46,628 nucleotides of DNA from a virus (lineage: Duplodnaviria > Caudoviricetes), in IMG/VR virus record IMGVR_UViG_3300038679_000217, positions 1 through 46,628 of that record; one strand, 5' to 3'. Every line of letters starts with the position of its first letter. Within the stretch, counting starts at the first letter, position 1. The position numbers were made by a program, and so were the translations under genes. This document shows positions 26,838-33,949 of this stretch, piece by piece. The notes beneath the pieces are model-generated. The model did not search any database. It saw only the letters and a program-made list of their open reading frames with translations, and had not been told where the DNA came from.

Positions 26838-27532
26838 AAGTTTTCCGGTTTGCCAGTTGTAGAAAGCACTTTAAACTCAATCGCCCACACCCATGGGTTT
26901 TTATCCCAGGATGCTTCTCCATTGATTTCGCCCCAAAGCGTTTTAAATGATCTGAGATATGATGCACCAAAAAATTCTGCGTTTTCATTAGAGTGTAGCA
27001 TGCTGTGAATATCTAAAGGAGCTCCTTCTGCAAATGCACCACCTTCAGTAATATCCTGCAGCCTCTCAGGTTTTATGCTGACAATCTCCAGCCATCTCAT
27101 GGCAATATCTTTTGGCATAAATAAGGCCGGTCGTTTGTGCCATCCCAATTCGCCAAATTTTGCAGTTTTCTTTGGCAGCCATCCAGCATAAAACTGATGC
27201 AGGTAGTTATTGTCCCTGGTTAAATCGTGAAAGGTTTTGGTTGATTTATCATTCTCAGTTATTGTGGTCCAGTGGCCGTATGCGTAAAAAGTTTCTTTTA
27301 CCCAAAGCACATCACCCGGTTTGCCGTAAGGGCATTTTCCATCCATGTCAGTATGAAACTGGTCACTGGAAAAAGTGAAAGTGCCATCGTCATTCGCGAC
27401 ACCACTGCACATCCAATGATTCGGATTCTCATTTATTTCTTCCAGTCCTTTGGTCCTCCTGGTCATTTTTTTAATGTCACCAAGTATCGCCTGAACCATG
27501 GGCGTGCTAAATAATATCGGTCGTTCTTTCAT
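26834..27532 (-). CDS. Conserved phage protein (ASCH/PUA-like)
   Basis: MKERPILFSTPMVQAIL..K.MTRR, CPYG.PGD.LWVKET, ERLQDI, NPWVWAIEF. Confidence 0.8.
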   Translation of the reverse strand: MKERPILFSTPMVQAILGDIKKMTRRTKGLEEINENPNHWMCSGVANDDGTFTFSSDQFHTDMDGKCPYGKPGDVLWVKETFYAYGHWTTITENDKSTKTFHDLTRDNNYLHQFYAGWLPKKTAKFGELGWHKRPALFMPKDIAMRWLEIVSIKPERLQDITEGGAFAEGAPLDIHSMLHSNENAEFFGASYLRSFKTLWGEINGEASWDKNPWVWAIEFKVLSTTGKPENL

Positions 27533-27535
27533 ATC

Positions 27536-27949
27536 TCAATAGCTAAAAACAATCCGTTTATTTCCAACAACTACAGCGTTAATGGTATCATTGTAAAGGT
27601 CAGTTACAACGATCAGGCTAAACATATCAGGATGAGGCCTCAGCTTCCAGTTTTGTACTTTTACATTCAGGTAGGTTTCGAGCGCTGTAGAGTCAGGAAA
27701 ATCAGCAAGGCAACGGGTGCATGTTCTGTTATGCCTGTCAGGATCATCTTTCATAAACTGATAGGTAAATATTACCGAATCGTTGCAGTAAATAAGTTCT
27801 GTTTTCGATTCATGAGTCAGCTTCCACTCCGGATCTGATCTCATGTGAGAGCTTATAAAGCCTTTGCTTTTGCCGATGCCGATAATAGGCTGGGCGACGA
27901 GGCACTGTACTGATATGATCAGCATTATTAATAAAGCGGGTTTTTTCAT
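27536..27949 (-). CDS. Hypothetical exported protein
   Basis: Signal-peptide-like MKKPALLIMLIISVQCLVA. Confidence 0.65.
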   Translation of the reverse strand: MKKPALLIMLIISVQCLVAQPIIGIGKSKGFISSHMRSDPEWKLTHESKTELIYCNDSVIFTYQFMKDDPDRHNRTCTRCLADFPDSTALETYLNVKVQNWKLRPHPDMFSLIVVTDLYNDTINAVVVGNKRIVFSY

Positions 27950-28437
27950 GTGTAGTAGATTTCTTTGTTTGTCGATCTGAAAGGAAAAATTCCGAGCCGG
28001 TTCGATAGTTCATCGTCGGCCACTTTAAGCATCTGGCCAATTTTGGCCTCCTGTGCTTCATAGCTGTGGTTAGCCGTATGTGGCAGTACCTTTCGGAGCA
28101 AGGATTCCGTTTTGCCTATTATTTCACAGATTTCGTTGGTAGTCTTTAATGGAAGGATGGCCACGGCATTACCAAGCCGGGTAAGTGCATCGAGCCTCGA
28201 TTGCAACCGGTAATGATCGCCGCCTGAGGTTTTGTACAAAATAACTTTGTGCTGCACATAGTCGCTGAAAGCAGTTAGCAACCATACGCGGCGCAAAGCG
28301 CTTATATGCTGCCTGGCTTCCGTAAAGCTGAAGAATGAAGCATCCTCAACCGGTTCACTGCCGTTTTCGTTAAGAATCCTAGTCCTAACGGTGAAGTACT
28401 TTTCACCGTGGCCGATAAATGAGATAACGCGGACCAT
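27946..28437 (-). CDS. Hypothetical protein
   Basis: 163 aa ORF in operon register. Confidence 0.7.
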   Translation of the reverse strand: MVRVISFIGHGEKYFTVRTRILNENGSEPVEDASFFSFTEARQHISALRRVWLLTAFSDYVQHKVILYKTSGGDHYRLQSRLDALTRLGNAVAILPLKTTNEICEIIGKTESLLRKVLPHTANHSYEAQEAKIGQMLKVADDELSNRLGIFPFRSTNKEIYYT

Positions 28438-28438
28438 G

Positions 28439-28702
28439 TTACCAGATTTTGGAGAATGGTCTTACTTCAGTGCGGTTTAATCCGTGGGCTTCGCCGTTTT
28501 CATCTTCGATGATTATAGTTTGGTCGAAGATAGCGGTAATGCGGCCAGGCTCCCAGCAACTGTCAGTTTTGAACAGGCACTTATCGGTAACTCTCATATT
28601 CTTCTGAAACCGGTTATACCTTAGGTTTCTGATGGCCTCGAAAAGCACAAAAAGACAGAATATAACTACGATGGAAATAAGAATGTATTCTCTTGTGCTC
28701 AT
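28439..28702 (-). CDS. Membrane-anchored small protein
   Basis: N-terminal TM helix followed by SH3-like beta strands. Confidence 0.65.
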   Translation of the reverse strand: MSTREYILISIVVIFCLFVLFEAIRNLRYNRFQKNMRVTDKCLFKTDSCWEPGRITAIFDQTIIIEDENGEAHGLNRTEVRPFSKIW

Positions 28703-28968
28703 TGCAGTACCTCCTTCACATCAACCATTTCAGCCATGGCATAAATGCGTTCAAGGATAGAGAGCTGCAATTGATTCAAGCCAAAGTGCCTGTTAAAAAG
28801 GCTCCATTCGGTGGGGGTAAGTTCACTGGCTGCTTTGCGGGAAAAAGGTTCAATCTCTTCGCGGCATTCTTTCAGGTTTTTACTGATCAGCGATTTCAGT
28901 TTTGTAAGCTCCTCGTTAGAAGCTTTACTGAGGTCGATTATCTCAAACCTTAGTTCTGTTTTTTTCAT
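28699..28968 (-). CDS. Hypothetical protein
   Basis: 89 aa ORF; start lies within the 38-bp repeat. Confidence 0.65.
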   Translation of the reverse strand: MKKTELRFEIIDLSKASNEELTKLKSLISKNLKECREEIEPFSRKAASELTPTEWSLFNRHFGLNQLQLSILERIYAMAEMVDVKEVLQ

Positions 28969-29000
28969 CTGTTATTGTTTTAGGCCTGGGGAGGCGGGTT
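28963..29000 (+). repeat. 38-bp direct repeat copy 1
   Basis: TTTCATCTGTTATTGTTTTAGGCCTGGGGAGGCGGGTT identical to 29438-29475. Confidence 0.95.
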
Positions 29001-29032
29001 TGTATTAAAGCTTAAAGTAAAAAGTCTAAAGT

Positions 29033-29443
29033 TTAAAGTATGCCATCCAATGGGAATTCTACGACGTCAAATAATTTGTTAAACCATGGGTCAAAGCGTT
29101 TCCACTTTGGATCTAAAACCTCAGTTGTGAAAATAATTTGTGGAATTACACCCCATTTCATAGGATTGTTTTTTTTGTGAACAAGCACTTTTAATTTCAA
29201 ATCACCTTCGCCAGGTAGATTGTCCATTTCAGGGGAAAAATCTGAATAACGAAAGTCCAGTGGACAATCATCGATAATAAGTAATTGTGTATTTTCTGTA
29301 ATTTGATGATACTGGTAATGATTTCCATAAGCATCTTTTGCAGAAATGAAACATGTTTTTTCTTTTCCGACATACTCTGAAATCATATCAGCAACTCTTG
29401 TTTTTCCACTTTTCGGTGGTCCGATAAAGATTTTAGCTTTCAT
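29033..29443 (-). CDS. Small stand-alone P-loop NTPase
   Basis: GPPKSGKT Walker A, LLIIDD Walker B, IIFTT. Confidence 0.75.
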   Translation of the reverse strand: MKAKIFIGPPKSGKTRVADMISEYVGKEKTCFISAKDAYGNHYQYHQITENTQLLIIDDCPLDFRYSDFSPEMDNLPGEGDLKLKVLVHKKNNPMKWGVIPQIIFTTEVLDPKWKRFDPWFNKLFDVVEFPLDGIL

Positions 29444-29475
29444 CTGTTATTGTTTTAGGCCTGGGGAGGCGGGTT
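29438..29475 (+). repeat. 38-bp direct repeat copy 2
   Basis: Identical to 28963-29000. Confidence 0.95.
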
Positions 29476-29510
29476 ATTGTTAAGTAAAAAGTTTAAAGTA
29501 TTAGCGTTTC

Positions 29511-29834
29511 CTAGGTGCAGACGTAGCGGGTTGCATATCCTTCAGCATCGTTTACAAGTATGAGCCCTATTTTTAGCTCGATTACATCAGCTGAATTATT
29601 TTTTATAAAAGTCAGCTCCTTGTCAAGTTCTTCCTCCGTATATAATCGTTTTAGCCTGTCTCTTTCAAATTTATTGGCTAACTCATTAAATTCTTCAATG
29701 TCAGAACACCATCCATAATGCATTCTAAAAAATTCATTTTGATCAGTAAAGACTGCCTTAATAAAAAATGAGGCAAAACGCCAGCAGCTTATAGAAGGCT
29801 TATTCAATGCGGGTGATTTTACTTCGTTTGGCAT
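29511..29834 (-). CDS. Hypothetical protein
   Basis: 107 aa ORF. Confidence 0.55.
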   Translation of the reverse strand: MPNEVKSPALNKPSISCWRFASFFIKAVFTDQNEFFRMHYGWCSDIEEFNELANKFERDRLKRLYTEEELDKELTFIKNNSADVIELKIGLILVNDAEGYATRYVCT

Positions 29835-30008
29835 GGTTATGTTAATTTTGTTAATTTATCAAATGAAGCAACCAGGGTACTATACTTCCCCCGGTTGCTA
29901 CCAGCAGTTTATCAGGCTGCCTGCTTGTAGTTAATTGTGCCATTTATTTGGCTGTTCAGCCTCGAAAGGACAATGCTACAATTACGCTTCATCAAAGAAC
30001 TTGGGTTG

Positions 30009-30081
30009 TAGCAAGGGCAGGATTCGAACCTGCGACCTCCGGGTTATGGGCCCGGCGAGCCGACCACTGCTCTACCTTGCA
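30009..30081 (-). tRNA. tRNA-Met(CAT), initiator (fMet)-type
   Basis: TGCAAGG TA GAGC AGTGGTCG GCTC G CCGGG CCCATAA CCCGG AGGTC GCAGG TTCGAAT CCTGC CCTTGCT A; 1:72 mismatch, A11:U24, three G:C pairs in anticodon stem. Confidence 0.9.
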
Positions 30082-30092
30082 AAGGGTGGCAC

Positions 30093-30704
30093 TCAACCCG
30101 GAATCGGGGCCGGGGAATGCCGTATTCTTTCCCTGTTAGGGGACGTTAGGCAATGAAAAGTATTAAGGAATGCTATGTAAGCTGATTCGTGGTTCCAGAA
30201 TGGTTCCCATGGCAGCACATCGAGCCATGTGGCCGAGCCGTGCTTTATCTGGTCCTTATAAGTTTCTTTCTGATGGTGAAAAGCCTGGTATTCCATTTCA
30301 CACACTTCATTATCATAAACTTTAACAGCGTCCAGCAGATCGGTGTGAAGGTTAAATTTCTGGCAAACGGCATCCTTCAGGCGCTCTTCAATCTCGAAAT
30401 AAGCCTGCGCCAAAAGCGATTTAATCGGACGGATCACATCACCTGCCCATGTCTCCGGCGCATCGTGCATAAGGGCCGCAAATCGAAGCGGAACTGGTGC
30501 CAGCCATGCCACATGGCAACTATGTTGAGCAACTGAATAGAATTCAGGGAGGTTTCCGCCCCAGCGGCATATTTTCGAAAGCGAGCTGGCTATATCCTCG
30601 ATATCGATAAGCTGTGGATCCGGATCATAAAGATTGATCAGTTTGCCGCTGGTGGTGATCATGTGCCCCCGGGGAATATCGCGTAATGTGGCCGGAATAG
30701 TCAT
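30093..30704 (-). CDS. HD-domain phosphohydrolase (YfbR/YfdR-like)
   Basis: IEDIA..LS.ICRW.G...YSVAQHS..LMHDA.E..GD. Confidence 0.85.
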   Translation of the reverse strand: MTIPATLRDIPRGHMITTSGKLINLYDPDPQLIDIEDIASSLSKICRWGGNLPEFYSVAQHSCHVAWLAPVPLRFAALMHDAPETWAGDVIRPIKSLLAQAYFEIEERLKDAVCQKFNLHTDLLDAVKVYDNEVCEMEYQAFHHQKETYKDQIKHGSATWLDVLPWEPFWNHESAYIAFLNTFHCLTSPNRERIRHSPAPIPG

Positions 30705-31240
30705 TCGATGCCCTTCTCTTTAATGAAATTTGAGATATCAACCCGGTTACGGCCACCGATTTTTACAAATATGTTCGCCATGTGGTTGGCCACCGTATGC
30801 TCCGAGATAATAAGCTGATCGGCAATTTCTTTATTAAGCAGCCCACGGCTAACCAGGATCATAATTTGAAGCTGCCTCAGCGTGATTACGCCCTGATATG
30901 TAACTACTTCTTTGCAGCGTTTACCCTCGAATTCGCAACGGCCACGGATGCCACAGTCGAAGTACTCTGAATGATCGGTGCATTCGCCTTCCGTCGAATC
31001 CGGAATGGAATTACATCCACCAAATCGGCAAATACCATAAATTCGAAGCTTTTCGTCTTCAGGCACCGTCGCAAGGGTTTCCTGTGCCACGGTATCCTCA
31101 TCAAGAGTTTGCTGAAGAAAAATCAAATGTTCAGCCGGCATATCAGGAAACTGATATCTGTTCCCACTTTGAAGACTAAATAACTCTCTGCCATGTGCAA
31201 AGAATTCGAGGTTTGAATCTGTGAGTCCGGCTGGTATCAT
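30701..31240 (-). CDS. LuxR-type HTH regulator with Cys-rich N-domain
   Basis: GLLNKEIADQLIISEHTVANHMANIFVKIG; EYFDCGIRGRCEFEGKRC. Confidence 0.85.
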   Translation of the reverse strand: MIPAGLTDSNLEFFAHGRELFSLQSGNRYQFPDMPAEHLIFLQQTLDEDTVAQETLATVPEDEKLRIYGICRFGGCNSIPDSTEGECTDHSEYFDCGIRGRCEFEGKRCKEVVTYQGVITLRQLQIMILVSRGLLNKEIADQLIISEHTVANHMANIFVKIGGRNRVDISNFIKEKGIE

Positions 31241-31476
31241 GCTGCTGAGAATTTTTCCTTTTCAATCTCAAGTTCCTTTTCTCTCTGAATAATCTGAGAT
31301 TTTATTTCATTGGCAATACGGTAAGCTTCCGGAATTATGCCTTTTGTATCTTCAGCGTCACCCCTGAGAACCAGGTTTATTAAAGAAATACTAGCACCGG
31401 TTATTCGGCTTATTTCTTTTCGATATCCTCTTTTCAGATACTTTCTGAGGCAGGTGTAATGGTTTGTAGCTTCCAT
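31237..31476 (-). CDS. Cro-like HTH protein
   Basis: KEISRITGASISLINLVLRG helix-turn-helix; first gene of leftward operon, divergent from repressor. Confidence 0.7.
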   Translation of the reverse strand: MEATNHYTCLRKYLKRGYRKEISRITGASISLINLVLRGDAEDTKGIIPEAYRIANEIKSQIIQREKELEIEKEKFSAA

Positions 31477-31500
31477 GGTTAAAAACAACTATTGATTTAC

Positions 31501-31581
31501 TGTTTACAATCGTTTATATTTGTGTAATAATGTGCAAATATATGTAAACAATTAGGCATAAAGCAAGGATTTAGGCACTTA
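31501..31581. promoter_or_regulatory. Lysis/lysogeny switch: overlapping divergent promoters and operator-like repeats
   Basis: TATATTTG on + (31515-22) and on - (31535-42); IR TGTTTACA/TGTAAACA (31501-08, 31543-50); TTAGGCA at 31552 and 31571. Confidence 0.7.
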
Positions 31582-31613
31582 TTTTCGCTTACTCTCGAAA
31601 AAAGTTATCAACA

Positions 31614-32012
31614 ATGACAGAAACAACATTTAATCAACGATTTACGAAAGTTGTCAGTTTATTAAATTTAAAAACTGATGTCCAAATAAGCAAGAAACTT
31701 GGCATAAGTCGTCAGGAAGTTCAGAATTATAGAGGCTCTATGTCTCCAGGAATCGAAAAACTTGCGCTTATTTTAAAGGCAGTGCCATCCGTAAATCCGA
31801 TGTGGTTGATTGCCGGGGAAGGAAAAATGTTAAATGATAGTAATATGCTGTCGGAGCCATCTGCGATCTACCATAAGCTGGATGACGAAAATGACTTGAT
31901 AAAATTTGCCTGGAAAGAAGATAGGGAAGAGTTAAAGAAGCTGAGAGAACTGGTCAATCATTTAACAGAGGAATTAATAAACTGTAAGCCAAAAAGCAAA
32001 GCAACCGGTTAA
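31614..32012 (+). CDS. CI-like repressor (XRE HTH)
   Basis: ISKKLGISRQEVQNY HTH and VNPMWLIAGEGKML signature; no S24 peptidase domain. Confidence 0.85.
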   Translation: MTETTFNQRFTKVVSLLNLKTDVQISKKLGISRQEVQNYRGSMSPGIEKLALILKAVPSVNPMWLIAGEGKMLNDSNMLSEPSAIYHKLDDENDLIKFAWKEDREELKKLRELVNHLTEELINCKPKSKATG

Positions 32013-32150
32013 AATTACTGCATGGAAATGGAGTCTACAAAGGTATTTATAGCACATCTCTTTCGCTGACCAAATGAATAAGTGCCTGAATTTATTTATC
32101 AGGCGTAAGGTTTTAAATGATAAGTGCAATTCATCAACAAAAAAGAGGCC

Positions 32151-32302
32151 ACAGAGAAAACAGAGAAAGCTGAATGCTTAGAGAATTGGGAATAGTAGGA
32201 GGGTGGTTGAATCCCTCTCTTTCCGCAAATCACCTTTAAAGTATTAATAATTACCATTTTACAATCTTTAAAGACTGATTAATTTTTCTCTTTTTTCTCT
32301 GT
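32151..32302 (+). other. Putative attP: tRNA-Ser 3'-end core with arm-type repeats
   Basis: GAATCCCTCTCTTTCCGCA (32209-32227) = T-loop, T-stem, acceptor strand and G73; CAGAGAAA direct repeats (32152-69) and inverted TTTCTC(TGT) repeats (32283-302). Confidence 0.7.
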
Positions 32303-32328
32303 TTTTGTTTTAGGCCTGGGGAGGCATA

Positions 32329-33546
32329 ATGAACAAACAGATGATCAGAAGAGAAGTAATACTTCCAAAGTTGAACCATTGCAAGGGTGATCTCGCCCGG
32401 CAGTGGTTCATTTATTTTAGTGTAAAGGATCCTGCGACCGGAAGAATGCAGGTATTTCGGAAGTACGACGGGTTTGCTGAGCTAAAAACCCAGGATGAGA
32501 GGCAGAAACACGGTAAAAAGCTGATCAATACCTGGACAAAAAAACTAATGTCTGGATGGAATCCTTTTTTCGAGGCTGATATTGTAAAATATGCCAGCCG
32601 CATTAAGTACGATCAGGAAGCTCAAAAGCAGGGAAGACAAGTCGAGAGTACCCGAAATTTTGAGTATTATTCCTCTTTGTATCTCGATCATATAAATTCT
32701 ATCAAACTACGTCCAAGCACCTATACAACCTATAAAAGCAAGCTCCGGATATTCGGAATATACCTCACCGAGCGAGGCCTCGATAAATCGAACATACGCT
32801 TCTTTAACAACGAAACCATAAAGGAATTTAATGCATACCTGCGTAAAAAACGCGGACTTGAGGGAAAGGGAATCAATGAATACAATGAAGCCCTTCATCG
32901 GTTTTTTCGATATCTCATTGAAGAATTGAAATATATCACCGAAAACCCCATAAAAGGAATAAAGCATCTGAAAGAAACTAATAAGCCACACCTGGCATTC
33001 AACGACGTTTACATTAAACTATTGAGAGACAAAGTAGAAAAAAGTGACAAATACATATGGCTCATGTGCCGTATGATCTTTAGTTGCTTCACCCGGCCAA
33101 AAGAATTGCGGCTATTGCAGATCAAGCATTTTAATTTTGCCGATGGAACTATAGTGTTGCCGGCCGAGATCAGTAAGAATGGCAAAACCCGCCTGATCAC
33201 AATCCCCGATTACATGCTATCAATACTACTCGACAATAAGGTAAACACATTTCCGGATGATTTTTACTTTATGTCGCTCGATCGGCAACCAGGACCAAAG
33301 CCGGTGCATAAAAACTGGCTTTACCGTAAAATAAAACGATATTTTGTCGAATTAGGGTTCCCGAAGGGATATACCCTTTATAGTTTCAAACATACAGGCG
33401 TTCAAAAGCTTGCAAAAGCGAATGTAAACGTACTGTACATTCAGGGGCAGCTGGGGCATTCGTCGCTTGATGAAATGTACCCGTATATACAGGAGCTGTT
33501 GATGCAGAGCAACGATGAAATCAGATATAATTCACCCGAGATTTAA
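32329..33546 (+). CDS. int: Tyrosine recombinase / phage integrase
   Basis: RPKEL, SKNGK, YSFKHTG, QLGHSS....Y catalytic motifs; SAM-like middle domain. Confidence 0.92.
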   Translation: MNKQMIRREVILPKLNHCKGDLARQWFIYFSVKDPATGRMQVFRKYDGFAELKTQDERQKHGKKLINTWTKKLMSGWNPFFEADIVKYASRIKYDQEAQKQGRQVESTRNFEYYSSLYLDHINSIKLRPSTYTTYKSKLRIFGIYLTERGLDKSNIRFFNNETIKEFNAYLRKKRGLEGKGINEYNEALHRFFRYLIEELKYITENPIKGIKHLKETNKPHLAFNDVYIKLLRDKVEKSDKYIWLMCRMIFSCFTRPKELRLLQIKHFNFADGTIVLPAEISKNGKTRLITIPDYMLSILLDNKVNTFPDDFYFMSLDRQPGPKPVHKNWLYRKIKRYFVELGFPKGYTLYSFKHTGVQKLAKANVNVLYIQGQLGHSSLDEMYPYIQELLMQSNDEIRYNSPEI

Positions 33547-33792
33547 AGACTTATTTTCCCTGAGCAACCAGGCAAAAGAGATGGTGCCTGATCTGTTTTC
33601 CGGAGAGTATTGATATCCCTCTAAAATCATCTTATCGAACAGCTCCTTCTCTGAAAACTCTCCCGGGTAAAACCTCGAGAAAGTCTGAAACAGCTCTGTT
33701 GAAGTAAGTTTCAATGTATAACTTTCACGGCTGGCAGCCGGAAAGTGTGACTTAAAAACATCGAAAATTTTCTGAAAGGTCTCCGTATCCAT
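33532..33792 (-). CDS. Small hypothetical protein convergent with integrase
   Basis: MDTETFQKIFDVF.. from ATG 33792; upstream part of ORF 33532..33936 is better explained as structured leader. Confidence 0.6.
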   Translation of the reverse strand: MDTETFQKIFDVFKSHFPAASRESYTLKLTSTELFQTFSRFYPGEFSEKELFDKMILEGYQYSPENRSGTISFAWLLRENKSLNLG

Positions 33793-33793
33793 G

Positions 33794-33911
33794 GTGCGAC
33801 ATATTTTATGAAGAAAAACCCCCGGAGCCTGTCGCACCTGATCATAGACCAAATACCAGGCCCAGGCCTGGCTGCCCCGGGGATTACCCCTTTGATCTAT
33901 GAAGTGCGACA
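33794..33911 (-). ncRNA. Structured leader / C4- or CI-like antisense RNA element
   Basis: TGTCGCAC..TCATAGATCAAA/TTTGGTCTATGA..GTGCGACA..CCGGGGG-TTTTT..TGTCGCAC, starting just after a TATCTTTG -7 box (33915-22). Confidence 0.6.
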
Positions 33912-33921
33912 ATACAAAGAT

Positions 33922-33945
33922 AAAAAAATCCGGCATTAGCCGGAT
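33922..33945 (-). terminator. Terminator of tail operon
   Basis: ATCCGGC-taat-GCCGGAT followed by T run. Confidence 0.75.
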
Positions 33946-33949
33946 CCTT

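Noticed and set aside
29965-29972. Eighth TGTCCTTT copy (others at 9784 on + and ~7897)
   Set aside because: No -7-like box at 20-nt spacing, so not counted as late promoters
30093-30704. HD protein as DatZ of a Z-genome pathway
   Set aside because: No PurZ or DNA polymerase in the window; matches the common prophage YfdR-like type
32199-32227. Second tRNA gene
   Set aside because: Only a 3' fragment without D or anticodon arms; interpreted as att core
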